Below the pieces are notes generated by a model, which worked only from the letters and a program-made list of their open reading frames with translations, was not told the origin of the DNA and made no database searches. From Ophelia neglecta (lineage: Eukaryota), in NCBI GenBank assembly GCA_965285935.1, contig OZ260662.1, forward strand, positions 33,108,001-33,172,000: 64,000 nucleotides of DNA, in the 5' to 3' direction. The stretch's first letter is position 1; each line of letters opens with the position of its first letter. Below, in pieces: positions 26,390 to 39,630 of the stretch. A program made the position numbers and the translations under genes.

Positions 26390-26990
26390 AGTCTGACAAG
26401 ACTACTTTGATTTTTTAGATGGCTCTGTTGATGGCTTTTGACACAATTCACCACACTAGTTTATTAAAGAAGCTTATCAACCATGGTGTTTATGGCTTTT
26501 CTGAGAACTTACGTGCAAACAAGATACAGCATGTACAGAGGGACAATTTTAACATCACTTATTAAAAGATAAAAAGAGGGGTTCAATAAAGAAAGATACC
26601 TAGAACACTGTTGTTTATCATTTATAAGGGGCTAGAGTTACTATACTCATTTTTATCATAATTTTTATATAATGATTATACAGCTTTGAACAGCATACTG
26701 CTTTTTAAGAAACTATAAGATATGATGCGTGTTGCTACCAAACACTTAACTAGGACCAGAAAAAAATAGTGATTGGTTAAATTGAACAAGCTAACAAGTC
26801 CCGGAATAAGACAAATGCAATGGTATTTTATTCATTCCAAATTAAGGTTGCTCAGCCAGAAATTATTGATTGGCTCCTAATGGAGTGCTTCAACAACTTC
26901 AATTTCTTTGATGTAAAGTTTAAGCAGCACATGAGTTGAAATAACCTCACAGGTTTAATTGAAAATGAATTATCGAATCCGATTGCAATC
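26390..26990 (+). mobile_element. Highly decayed CR1/L2-group LINE RT fragment
   Basis: Reads AFDTIHHTSLLKKLINHGVYG..NKIQHV..KIKRGVQ*RKIPRTLLFIIY, compared with AFDTIDHxILLxKLxxYG..NRxQYV..GVPQGSILGPLLFIIY. Further downstream are DWL..NKL..NKT..MVF and FNFFDV..HMS* remnants. Confidence 0.8.
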
Positions 26991-27640
26991 GACATGTTGA
27001 TATTATTATCGCCCGGTTAATTTGGTAAACCAGAAAAAATGTATGAACAATCTCCTGTAGCCTTTATATTACCCATTTATAGCAAATTCTTTTGCCTTTT
27101 GAAATTAAGGAAGTTAAACCTAAAACATGTTTTACTATGCCTGTATCCAATGACCTAACTCCCATTAATATACATTCCCTCAGATATTCGTACATATGAA
27201 ACATATTGCAAAATTAAATATATATGTTAATAGGTATCAAGCAGCTTTCTTTAGAAGCGTACCATACATGTGCATCTGATGTACAGCAAACCAGTTCATT
27301 TTTATCTGGCAAGTAAGTAACTGGCAAGACTGTTCGAAAACCAAATTTGTTCTGTCGCGGCAATGTGACGATTTTCACCGTCGTTGTAGAGAAGAAACGC
27401 GCCATGTGCTATTTAAAACTCAGAGTGCATAATAGCGGGATTTGCACAATATTATGAATATTTTCAAACTTTCCATGAAATGAGCAGGCAGTGCTAACAG
27501 TACACAAATTATAGTGCAAATCTTCAAGATCTCCAAAATTTCATCTGCAACCTGTTTTATTTACTTGTGAAAAAACATTAAGCATGAGCCATTTTTGCAA
27601 GGTCGAAATTTCGACCAGCTGATCATACCATATCACGCCT

Positions 27641-27882
27641 AAACGAAAACCGGGAGTGGCTACTCGGCAGACAAAGCCAAATTATGAATCTAGAATAATC
27701 CAGTAATCTTCCCGAAATCATCAGGAACCAGCAACCACAGGCCCCCACACACATTAATAAAAATAAATATCTAGCACCTAAACAATGAATAAACTTGTAA
27801 TGCAAAGAATACAAAAATGTAAAAAGTAAACATAAAGTTGAACAAAAAAACAAACGAGTCAGTGGTCAACGTAGGACAAAAG
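27641..27882 (+). repeat. Dispersed repeat family A, copy 3
   Basis: Three conserved blocks, colinear with 5411-5673. Confidence 0.85.
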
Positions 27883-28526
27883 TGATGGTCTAAGCTCTGG
27901 GCAGTGATGGAACTGTATCATTTCCTGCAGATGGATGTGGGCATCAGCCAAAGATGAAGCCCAAAAAGTTAACTGGCCATTTATCCAACCCTTTTTTTGG
28001 TCTCAAAGCCTCAACGTAATGTTTCTGTCTTATTGGGTACACGATGGAATGGTGTTTTAATTTGTCTGGTAATGTCACTTTGAAAAACTTACCTAAAATA
28101 AAAGTCGATAGTCGCGAGTTAAGTGTCTAGAGGTATGAAGTTTTCCAATTGATAGTGATTCAAAGCAATGGTTACGGTAAGTCTTTTTCCTTCCATTTTT
28201 AACCAAATCGGGAAACAATATCCCCTGGATATTGGAATTGCCGAATCGGTTTCGTACAGAAGTATGAGCTACAGATACATTTGTATTAATTTAAGTATTC
28301 CTTTCAATGCTATTAATGACCATGAAACTTTATTTCTCGTCTAAGTGTGCTATCAACAAACATGGTCTGACAGTAGATATGCCCTTCGATTCATTAACCT
28401 TTTAGCTGTATGATGCTTACAGCTTAGAAAAACCGAATATTTCAAATAACAATGATGGAATTTAACATGCAGTGCGAGGCGGTTACAAATTCCGGAGAGT
28501 ATTCATTTCTCATGGCTGTTTTACAG

Positions 28527-28775
28527 TTTGAGCACTAGTGTCACTTGGTTTGTAACGTTCATGAAAACGGTTCTGTCCGGGCTGAAGTTATCTACTCGTT
28601 AGTTAAAAATCATCTAGCAACATGACTGTCTGACCCCAATTTGTATGTTCTCAGAGACAAAGTCGACACCTACTGGATGATAAATATTGATCCCAGTGAT
28701 CCTGGGCTTCAAGTCAGAGTTGCCACCGTGGTTCAATTAACTACCCAGGAAGTAGTGTGTTCCTATTCCTACTAA
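28527..28775 (+). pseudogene. Possible decayed immunoglobulin-like domain exon
   Basis: After a TTTTACAG acceptor-like site the sequence reads TSVT/LVCNVHENGSVRAEVIYSLVKNHLAT*LSDPNLYVLRDKVDTYWMINIDPSDPGLQVRVAT. The spacing fits the Ig-fold pattern SVTLxC..YxWxKN..TLxIxNxxxSDxGxYxC, but the Trp and second Cys are lost and there is a stop and a frameshift. Confidence 0.4.
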
Positions 28776-30211
28776 ACATACCTTACCCTGATATTATCAA
28801 GTCACAATAAATGTTAACCTTAGTGCAAGATTTAACATATATACGATTAAACCTCAATATTGGTCATATACAAGTAAACGTAAAATCTGTTCTTAAGGCG
28901 TCAATGCTTACAAGTAAACTTGTAAGCATTCATGTTTTGTGTGTTTTTGTAATTATTATTCCTGGCTAGACCAAGGAACTATCTAAATGACATGAATGTA
29001 GAATTCATCGTCAGCAAACAACATCAGTAATCAATACTGTTTATAACTTTACTATTGATTGGATAATACGAGACGGAAGAAAACAGCGAGTTGATTTATA
29101 GCCACAGGCGTCCATTACTGTGAGTTTGGACTAAAAGTCTTCCAAATTCAATGTCAACCACCGAGTTAAAGTCATACCTGGAAAAAAACTAATGGTACAA
29201 ATCACTATCAATTTTCTCTCTCAATGAAAGCCTAAATGTATCCCCTAGTTTTACTAATGGCTACATGAGCTTGAGTTCCAACGTCACTCGGAATGAGCCG
29301 CTGTTCAGACCCGATATCCACCTATTGTGATATGTGACTTCACAAAAAAAATCGTCAGCGCTATTTTCTGAGAGAAACTCTGGTTATTCTGAATTTATTA
29401 CTTCCAACGGAGCCGATTGGCTTGAAAAACGCGCCGTAAAAGGTAAATGAACCGTACTACATCTTGTTCCAGGCTAGGCCTGCTCAGAATCGTAATCGTT
29501 TGCCCTCCGGTTAGAAAAGCACCGTAGGGTTAAAGTCCTGAAAAAGGCACCACGCAATTGCCTCGCCGCCAGAAGCCTTCCCCCGAACGTTTCGTTAGAG
29601 AGCCGACCGCTCTGATCGCTTTATTTTAGGGTAGAAACGGTTGAATTCGATTGGTTAGATCACTTGCAATATAAGGCTATTATAAAACACGTTTGCAACC
29701 AATAACGACTGGAATGATCACGAACGAAAACTAAAATGAATAGTAGTGTAATTAATAAAATGACGTAAAAGTGCGTGAATCCATTTACAGAAGAAGTCAT
29801 CAATACCAAATTTATCAGTTTTGAAAAAACCTGAAGGGCAAAATATCAAAACGGGCCATGTTGTTTCATTATCGATACTGTTAAATTAGCAAACTCAACA
29901 ATAAGTTAATTGTATATCCGTAATAAACACACTTTTGCAGTGAATTACAATAAATAAACTGTTCGGTTCAATTCTTGCACGAATTGGCCTTCATGATTCC
30001 AGTGAAATTAATTTTCCAGGCCATCTAGTCCGAGTCCAACAATGCACAAACCACAGCTCATAACAGTAAGTCTTTAGAGGTTATGCTGACACGACTGTAT
30101 TACTGTATATACCAATAAATACAATAATGCTCTTATACTGTTACGAAATAAGGTGTTGCGCGTAGTATATATATATCATTACAGATAGTTATCGTGTATA
30201 TGTAGTGACAC

Positions 30212-30445
30212 AAAACAACGGGAGTGGTTACCCGGCAGAAAAACAAACAAATTAGTGATCAAATAATATTCGATCAAATCGATAGGAAACACCATGAACC
30301 GCCCTTTGAAGGTTTACAAACACATCCCGAACAATACACAAACCCGTGATGAATTTTTTGATATAAATTCAAGTTGATATCACTGATAATAAGGATAAGT
30401 GAGTAACACTAGTGGAGCATAAAACCGAGTCCGTGGTCATGTGCC
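30212..30445 (+). repeat. Dispersed repeat family A, diverged copy 4, abutting the Penelope-like RT
   Basis: Contains the blocks CGGGAGTGGTTACCCGGCAGA..CAAATTA, GAAACACCATGAACC and AAAACCGAGTCCGTGGTCA. Confidence 0.7.
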
Positions 30446-30469
30446 ATTCTTCTTCCTTTAAAGACCAAA

Positions 30470-30690
30470 CCAAGCATTATAAGTTCAAGTTCTATGACAA
30501 AGGAGATGATTTCGATTTTTCAAAAGTAAAGTTCCCATTCCTTAATAACAATATTCCACTTTCCTATGCATATGGGGTATATAATTCGAGACTTTGTAAG
30601 AGCTTGGTGTCTAAATTATCGCGTCACGGATACGAACTCTGTAGATTAAAACAGATATTTTCCAAATTCACGGATAAATATTCCACTAAT
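30470..30690 (+). mobile_element. Penelope-like element RT C-terminal fragment with an internal deletion
   Basis: ORF 30412-30744 contains KFYDKGDDFDFSKVKFPFLNNNIPLSYAYGVYNSRL..LVSKLSRHGYELCRLKQIFSKF. This matches the Penelope-like pattern KLYDKRDDFNFxIVNFPFLxSNIPxxxAYGVYISQL..LxxKLLxQGY..LxxxFxKF. Confidence 0.88.
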
Positions 30691-32699
30691 TTGATATATT
30701 CCACTAATTCTCGAGCTAAAAGGCCATGTGAATCTGCTTCATAATAAAATAACATCATATGTTGCAGCTGCAGTCACAATAAAAGATTCAATGGTTCAAT
30801 GAAGTTAACAACTTGGTACACTATCGAAAAGATTTGATAGCTCTTGCTTTTAGTGAGTGAGATAATTCAACACTGTTCCCTTGGCTTGCTCATTGGGGAC
30901 CCTGCCAAAGAATCATTCGACCTTCCGATCATCTGACCTAATAAACTCCGACCTTGGCCCCTGACGCCGCTCCCGGTGCTAGCGACAGTTTCAGAAGAAC
31001 AGTCTTAGTGTACAACTTTTCTAATACCCCTAGCATAGCGGGACATTCCAACGCATCACTTAAGAGGTATAGTTGTTACTCAGTGAACAACTGTTCCCAA
31101 TCATTTTAGCACATGTTTGAATTTAAACATTTGACTTGAGCCACCTGGAAGAACGCGTATTAAAGAATTGATTTAATTAAGATGGAATTCGCTTTAGTAT
31201 GAAACATATGGAAAGTGATTGGAAAGAAGTGTGCTGTTGCGGTTACTCTAGGCTGTTCGGCCGTTCTAGTAAAATCAAATAGAAACCTGCTTTAGCAAGT
31301 CGAGTCTCAGGCATTCCATATAGATGAAAACTGTGAAAAAGGCGCCATGAATTCACTATTGAACGCCGACTTACATATGGAACACATGTTGTATATATCA
31401 AAATGTAATAAAAAAAATCGGTATTTATCTTCTTGTCTGCAAGAAACATTTATTTGTCATTCCCTATGCTTTCACTTAGTGTGGGTCTGGTTGTCAGGGC
31501 CATGATGACCATAAAACCAATTGGGCAAATTTTAATTCACAATGATTGCGTTCTTTCTTGATCTAATATATAAATCAAAGTTTCAATATTATCTAAAAAT
31601 AGTACTGACATGTTTCTGGGGGCGACTGTTCGTATATGTCATCTTCGGTTTGAAGAAAGCTTCGCATGGAAAAGACACCATGAGGAAACTATGATGAAAA
31701 CGTCATATGCTCCGCAATATCACGAAACAAAGTATTTAACTAGAGTGGATTGGATTACTAAATTTTTAGGACAGTCTTCATTTCAAATGAAATGAATGTA
31801 AACACAATGGTTGCAACGGTCTGCAAATATATGCATGTATAAACATATTAGAAAACCGCTCACCAACAGTTATTTTAAAGAATTCTTTTTATAGATGCAT
31901 GGAACATTTTGACAAAGCTCAGAACGTGGCTTAACAATGCTTGATCTAATGTCAGTGATTATTATGGATTTTGGCCATGTACAAAATAGCAATCATAATA
32001 TTTAAAGTTTGGCGATTGGTTACTTTTGACACCAAGCTTTCAAAAATGTAAGATTACACGGGTGGTCTTGTCATTGCAGGGCATATAAGCAGAGAATGGC
32101 CTCACACATTGCCAGAACCATAGAGCCATTCTGAATTTATGTTTAGAAGTGCATTCTTGTAATCGATACATAAGACACGTTAAAGAAGTTTTTGTCCACA
32201 GATGTGACCTGGCCATTTGATAATAGTATGTACTTCAGCATGCAATGGGGCTGGCTCAATACCAGTTATGTCTTCTGTGTACAGACAGGGATAATAAGGG
32301 GAATGTGTCAAAACCGATATACATATATGCATACACAGTAGCAGCTCTAGCAAATCAGAATGTTGGCATTAATCCACGCACCTTGTATATTTTCAGTAGC
32401 ATAAAATAACAGGGATAACCTGTTTGAGAGGTTGGTTTGCTGTCATCGAGGTTGCTCTTCTGCTGATGCGTTGCGATACTCTATAGTAAAGAGAATTGAA
32501 CAGTATCATGAGAATTTCTTCGTCGAAGTGAAATATTATGTCAGTACTACGATCAAGTTAGTTTATTTTGTGGCTGATGGATCATAATGGTCAACATATG
32601 AGGGTCCAACATCAAAGGTTACTGTCAGTAATATTCCCGCTTGTTTTCCATGAGGCTTACTCCTTGCCCATTCGATCTTCATTGTGCCGATTGTATCAT

Positions 32700-33085
32700 C
32701 CTACGCGTCCCTGCATTGCATGGTCATAGCCATGCCTCATACCAGTTCAACAGGTGGTCAATGTTTGCCCGAAGAAGATCGATATCGGCCTGGTTCGTTA
32801 TCCGTCTGATCTTCGTACCGTTCATAAACGTCTGCATGGACGAGTCCACTACATCTGGTTCGTCATCTAAATACATGCTGAACACAGGTCCCAGGAAACT
32901 ACCTTGAGGTATTCCACGTGCTACAGACAAACAACTCGGATATCTCTCCTTCCGCTATTTTATTACCTCTGATTTAGAGCACCAGGAGTTTTCTGACTCA
33001 ATTCAGTGACTGCCCCCCTTGCTGTATGCTTCTTCTACCTGCGCAACAACCCTTCCTTCAGGGTTGTTTCGACTGCCATTCGATA
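32700..33085 (-). mobile_element. CR1-clade LINE RT core fragment
   Basis: Reads SVARGIPQGSFLGPVFSMYLDDEPDVVDSSMQTFMNGTKIRRITNQADIDLLRANIDHLLNWYEAWL, compared with VxSGVPQGSVLGPxLFxxYINDLP..FADDTK..DxxxLQxDLDxLxxWSxxW. The catalytic ADD is destroyed. Weaker remnants may extend down to about 32080. Confidence 0.88.
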
Positions 33086-35092
33086 ATCGATATACATATT
33101 CAAACATTCCATATATATATTCGACAAAGTAAACAAATAATTAATTTACAGACACGTTACTGTGGCAGCGTGTTCCGCGAGGCAATCCCATGACTATGAT
33201 GAAAAAAATGTTTTTGTTTATATTATTTAAAATGCGTATATTTAATTAATACATATTAACGGTGATGCCCGATACCATGGTTGCAGAAGCATAGTATATA
33301 TATATAACCATGCATAAATAAACAAAATAAGAGATCGATTCATTCAACAATAATGGATAGTCTACAGTCTTTTTAAAATATTTCTTCCATTCGCTCTTAA
33401 GTGAAAATGGAGTTGCGATTGACCTTGGATAAACAGGAAGGGAAATCCCTAACTTAGCACCGCTGTTATTGAAATATGGTATGTTTGTTTTACCCTTGGC
33501 AGGGAGAACAATAACATTAGGTTGAGCTGTTGTAATAACTTTCAATATCAATGCGCTAATATACGATTTGACCAGACCACTGATACATCTATGGACAATT
33601 AAGACATACGGAAATAAATATTACCTCTTCTGTACTTATAATAAGTATAGGCCATTAAGTACAAGCGAGTCAATATGAACCCTAGCGAACAAACCACAAA
33701 TAAATCGAAGAGTTGAAGACGAGTTCAATGTATGCTGATGCCCATGGAACCCAGGTTCACTACCGTAGTTTACGATTATTTACCATACTACTTAATTCTT
33801 TTTTGTCTTATTACCAATAACGAATGCTGCACATGCTAACCAACAAGTTTCTGCTCATATCCAAAGTGGACCAACCATTGAACAAATATACCGTCTAAAC
33901 TGCTATCTCCCCCATTGGTGCCTAAATGGCACCATAAATCACTTTATCAAATGCCCGTAGCGTAAACCTACTTCTGCTAAAGATCACTGTGTATTATAGA
34001 GATCTCATGCCCTTCGGCGTTCCCTCGGCCTTCTTGTCTGCACTGCTGGGTATTGTTTATTGATCCAGGCTGGGACCTGGGCTTGTTAGTAAGTGATATT
34101 CAAGTCGCCTGCGTACTTCACATATATACTGATGTGTTGTCTTTGGGTGGGCTGGCAGGTCGAATGTATGTAGTGCTCCCTCTTGCTTTCAAACATTTCG
34201 TCGTTGCGAGGAGCCAATTAATAGCTTGCAGAGAGTGGGATCTTTCGGCGAGAAGCGAGTTTAAAAAGCGAGTTGCGAGAAAAAAGGCTAGTGGAGAGTT
34301 AAATAAATGAAAGAAAATGAGAATTAAAGAAAATGAAAAGGGCGAGTTATGAAATATTTAATCGTATAGTGGTGTGAGATAATAGTAGCAGAGGACGGGG
34401 GTTTCGTAAAGAAAAGGGAAAAGTGAAGTGGAATTGCATGGCGGATCACTGCGCCGGGAGAGGCAGGGTTGTGGAGAGGGGATAGACGGGGAAGGGTCTG
34501 GAGGTAGGGGATAGTAAGGATGAAGAGGACACGAGGGGACAACCGAGAGGGGTGGAGGACTAACGGAAACCAGAGGATCCGGGACGTACGATAGATCACC
34601 CAAGGGTAACTCGGAAGGGGGACTGGAGGGTTAACGGGGGATGGAAGAAGAAGAAAACGGTGAGGTGTGTGTGTGGGGGGGGGGGGCACCTGAAAAGAGG
34701 CAAAGGTAGCGGGAGTCACTGTTGTGGAGGATGGTACGGGGATGTTAAAAGCAACAGGTCACGTGCGACAATGTACACGACTTAATCCCAATAAATTCAC
34801 AACCAACCATACAATTCCATTTATTTATAAAGGCTGATATCTCACCAAAAAGCATATCTGGTACATGAACACTGACTTACTATTTCGAAACTATTTTGAA
34901 AGTTTCTTAATTTTGTCTGAGAGCATTTATAAAGGGTTCATACAAATACCGTTTCTGTAGCGGCTGACAGAAAGCAACACTAGTCAACAATTGAATGTCT
35001 AATCATCTTGATAATGATTGTTGTGGCTCCTTTGTTTAATGTATGTTAATGGGCCAATGGTCGTTATAGTTTCGGATCAACTATTCTTTTTC

Positions 35093-35252
35093 GGGACCCT
35101 GTATTTGGCGATGTAGCGCTGCGGAGTATGATTCGGCGCTGCTACTCTGGGTCTGCAGTGGGAGGGGGTAGTCACGTGACTAAGGGTAGGGTCACTCTAT
35201 TGTACTATCACAGCGCAGCGCAAAATAGCGCCGCGCTAAATACAGTGTGCCC
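35093..35252. mobile_element. 160-bp MITE-like palindromic element
   Basis: The left end GGGACCCTGTATTTGGCG matches the reverse complement of the right end, GGGCACACTGTATTTAGCG. There are inner inverted GCGCTG/CAGCGC motifs and a central TAAGGGTAGGGT. Confidence 0.7.
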
Positions 35253-38200
35253 TATTTTCTATCTAGTCCTTTTTATTATACAGTGCTTTTTCCATCTTTT
35301 CATGTTTATCAGTGTCTAACAATTACATTATGGTTATATGTATTTCTGAATTACACGAAGCATACAATCGTCAGCAAAGCTCAGGCTAGTCTGGGGTTAG
35401 TTTTAGAGTAAGGGACCTTAGGAACAGGTATATTTAGGTCTAGTTGTTTTTCATTATCTCGGAATTTACCTCCGCGCCTCTGCTTTAAATCAAAAGCCTA
35501 TTTGTTTATGCAATATATATATCACTTGCACAGATATATATAAAGAACGCACTTCACAATTATGTAGTCCTAGTGTGACAAAAACAAATAGAGGCTATTA
35601 TCAGTTATAAAGTCATTTTTGCAAAATATACTCTAAGGTGGTGATCTTTGTTAACGTCGCTCTGTTCTTGTTATTATGACGATATTGACTTGTAGAAAAT
35701 ACAATTCATAGCCAGCATTCAATAGCTCTGTTGTAAATGGTTTTCGTTGCATTGGTTCAATTTGATTGACATTGTCGTTTGCGTATAAAATAGCTAGAGC
35801 CAGAAAAACATTTGAGGTCGGTATTGTGCAGTCAAGACAATTGAATTTTGGAAAGTCAACTTAATTATCCAATATAGCAGTGAACAAATGAGCAGTTTAG
35901 AATGTTATATGTGTGCGAATTACAATAATTTAAGATAATCTCTCATCATGACTGCTTTGTTATCAGCTGTCTGGAATGCGCAGGCACCAGTTTCCAACAG
36001 TTATTATCCTCAGCTGTACATATAAAACATACAAGCAACAATACGGTTAAGAATTAATACGCCTGACTGCATTATTTTGGGCGATAACACCGGACTCTAC
36101 AGCGCCTTCTTTTAAAGTATATGGGGGCCCAAGTGTTAATTGTGGCACGACAGTGCCCAAAATAATTTTAGCTTGAATACTGAGCTTTTTTTTATCAGAA
36201 ATGAATTCATTTCACTTCAAATTACAAAAACTAACATGGTGCGATGTTTTCATACATTCCATCTGTATTTCCTGTAATTTTCATGTCAATTGCACTGCCC
36301 GTCTCACTGTGCATAAATGACGAGGGGGTTACACCCTTGACTCTTAACCATTTTGAGTAGTAACTGCTTTATCATCGTTGACGGTTACATTGAGATAATC
36401 AGTGTTTTAGTCCCCAGCTTCGAAAAATAACATGTACTACACAATCACTGTTGCAGCTGAACATATATAACATACCATCGAAGTGGCTGCTACCAATGTT
36501 TTTGTCTATTCTCGACGTACAGTGCATTTAAAAGCTTCGACTTAGATTCAGTGTCCTCAACGTAGAATGAACAGATCAGGTCATGTCGTTTTGAATGAAT
36601 CACGCCTGCATACACACAGTTTGAACGAATTTAGATCGCTTCAAACAGGCCTGTGAAATATTATATTACTTCCTTCCATTTCATTATCATTAGAAATATT
36701 TATTCCCCCAATTCACAGAGCAGTACAATATTTCCCATCGGTAAATAAGACAAACAACATAATTCCCCTTTTCAGAGTACACCTAGTATTAACAATTAAA
36801 CCCTTATTTCATATAAACGTGGTAAGCCGCCAACCTATTGGAGTAGTTCTACGAAAGTCTGTCGATACCAATATCTGTGTAGCCTACTTTGAGGAGCACA
36901 ATAATATTATGAGAAAAAATAATGATGATATAAATGTTAGGCTTATTTTTTCAATGCATATAGTGAGTTATGAAAGCTTTCTATAAGAACAAAACTGTTT
37001 AACGTGAATAATGCTGGGACTTCTAAAAATATAAAAGTGTAGACTCATTGTCTTCAACTGAATTTCAATTGCTTTTGGCTGGTGTCATAGAACCAGCAAT
37101 AGTATCGCTCTTTGTGGGATGTCTTCTCTACCTTTTCCCTTATGAATTTCTGATATTCCTAAGTAAAACGAAATTCAGCTGACCAGGACCACGATGGCTG
37201 CATCAGATCTCTCGCACTTAGAAACCATCTGGCAAATGTTGCAGAAAATTATAAAACTAACCATTGCCCCAGCTGACACAGGAGTCGATCGCATGTGGTG
37301 TTCAGGCCCAATCCAATCAGATAAGAGTTCAACCATCTACCTTATTGACAACATATCTTCTCTGGTTCGACTCCAATGTCTGATCAGGCACTACTGAAAT
37401 ATATATTTCCTGCAGTATCTTCCGAGGCACGAATTATTTCTACCGTTATCTATTCAAACAAAGTCGGTTTGCTCATCGACTTCTATTTAAAAGCTCATTG
37501 ACCCCTTGTTACCAAATTGAATTTAGAAAAATAATTTACTTTCGATTGATCACGGGAGACTTTTACTGCTATCGTAGAGTCGACATTAGATTATTGTACT
37601 ACCACTGCCTAACGCCTGATCCTTAACATTCTAAGGAAATAATCATGTTTCAAATAGGCATGCATAGGTATCAATGTCAGTTCAGGTTCAATTAAATAAG
37701 AGCACTGCATTTCAGTGAATCGAGGGAATATCATCAATTCATTATGATACATGGTAACGTTAGCCTAATGAATTCGTTTTTTTTCTATTCTGAACTTGAC
37801 ACTTTTAATTTAAGATGAAGCGCATATAAGATGGATTCTGAAAGGGTTATTTGTTTTGTTGATTGCAAGTTACATTTAATATTCAAAATAAAATAAGACT
37901 ATTTATCGATAGGCCTTGGTCAATGTGATAAGTCAACGTTAGCTAACTAGCATATTAATCGAAATAATATGCAACGGAATGTTTGTTAATATAAACAGGG
38001 TTTATATCATTCTCAAACACAACCACAGTGGAGCCCTTCGTAAATAGAATATCTCTTTCTGAGGCGAGTGACAAGGCAATGCATTTAATTGGAAGCTTGT
38101 GAACCGGATATTGGTGTGGTCAAATATCATTCTTTGCCCATGAAAGTTCTAAGGGGTGGAAGGTTTTTTTTTGGAGTAATGTTTATGTTAATATGTATAT

Positions 38201-38449
38201 AACATTCTATTTGTCGACTATATCGGTTGGTAGACCTGACTGAAATTCTCTGTGACAGAAGAAATGGATGAAACTCTCTTCTCAAAGTAATCATTAATGA
38301 ATTAATTGGAAATCTACTTCACTACAAACATATTTAAACACATATATATAATGTTTTGGTTAGTTTTTCTTGTCTTGAATATTCTCTTGTGACTCCGGTA
38401 AGTCAAACTTGTCAACTGAGGCAGTATATTTAGTCGACCTATTGGCCAT

Positions 38450-38742
38450 TAAGGAAGATCCGGTCTGTGAAGATTTTGCCGCCTGACTCTTCTGCGTCCA
38501 AGGTCATTGCATACGCGAGCCTCAACTGGCATTTGAACAACCCCTGTGTATTCTGACTAGACGGGTCTGTCGATCCTCCCTGTGAGAGACTAGAACGCCT
38601 GGCAATTAGTCGGATAAGGACAAGTTCCCACTGGCTAAGAATTGAGACGGCCGGGCGCTGGTTCCACACCACTCACGAGGACCGACTTAGGTCCTGTGGC
38701 CAGGCAGTGCAGAAAGGAACCCAAGTTACCTTGGGATCTTGA
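38450..38742 (+). mobile_element. Non-LTR retrotransposon ORF2 C-terminus (RTE-X-like zinc-knuckle region)
   Basis: The frame starting at 38581 reads CERLERLAISRIRTSSHWLRIETAGRWFHTTHEDRLRSCGQAVQKGTQV, compared with RxAIxRxRxSSHxLxIETGRW..ExRLCxCG..VQxExHV. Confidence 0.75.
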
Positions 38743-39319
38743 ACCGCTCAGAATGAGATGGTTCGGGAAAGCGAACTCCTCGCTTTTATGTGTGTGTGTT
38801 CCCCATCTTGTATTTTGATGCTAATATGTACAGCTATGACGCTTTGAGTCACTGAGGCCATATAGTGATGTGTAATTGAGATGAAATTGGGTGTAATTCT
38901 GGTGATTTGCTGAAATGTTTCCATAAATTATATTTGTGATCAATGTTTTTAAAGAATAAATCATTTTGATAGGTTTCATTTTACTTTCTTGTACATTTAT
39001 TTTCAAAAATCCATTTCAGTTTATAGGCCTAGTAGGCCTACTAACATGTTTCTTTTTCGATGTCGGACTTTCTTCCGTTCTGTGTGACATGTGACATGAA
39101 CGCCATCTGTGGTAAATTACTCCTTTATTTTACCTGTTTCTTGATGGAACTTCATTTCTTGTATCATTGTTTTCTACAGGTTTGTGTGAATGTATGTTGG
39201 TGTGTGCCGGGGGGGGGGGGGGTTATTTAGCCAGGACAATAAGCATTCACATAAATACCGTCGTCTTTATATGGAAAATAATCTACTTCCTGGAAAAACG
39301 AAATATAAAACTTCTATTT

Positions 39320-39630
39320 TCTAAGAAGAAAGAATGGGATTTGAATGTTTGCGAAGCATGGATATCCATTGACCCATGGGCATCAAATGCGACCCTCGTA
39401 TTACAACCAGGGTCACGTCCAACTAAACCCTGTGTTCCGGCTAAATGCACTCTGGTGGCATGCAATTTGGAAAGTTATTGCGTAGGCCTTGCAAACACAT
39501 TGCTGCTCTTGTCAGCATTAAGTCTGAGCTTACTTGAAGTCATCCAAATACTAGCGGCTATTGCCTAAAGTTGTGACTGACGTTTCAGAATTGACGGGTG
39601 CTGTGCTTATCGTCGCCTAACAATGGAATT
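39320..39630 (-). mobile_element. L2-clade LINE RT fragment
   Basis: Reads IWMTSSKLRLNADKSSNVFARPTQ*LSKL..CNTRVAFDAHGSMDIHASQTFKSHSFFLEN, compared with WMxxNKLxLNxDKTE..RNLGVxFDxxxSMxxHxSxxCKSxxFxLxN. Confidence 0.78.

Noticed and set aside
34324-34719. 131-aa Pro/Leu-rich ORF
   Set aside because: It reflects a purine-rich plus strand of low complexity that lacks stops on the minus strand. No recognisable domain.
37300-37375. tRNA or tRNA-derived SINE suggested by the B-box-like GGTTCGACTCC
   Set aside because: No properly spaced A box and no cloverleaf stems.
39167-39568. 133-aa plus-strand ORF
   Set aside because: It is the antisense of an L2 RT fragment and crosses a poly-G tract.
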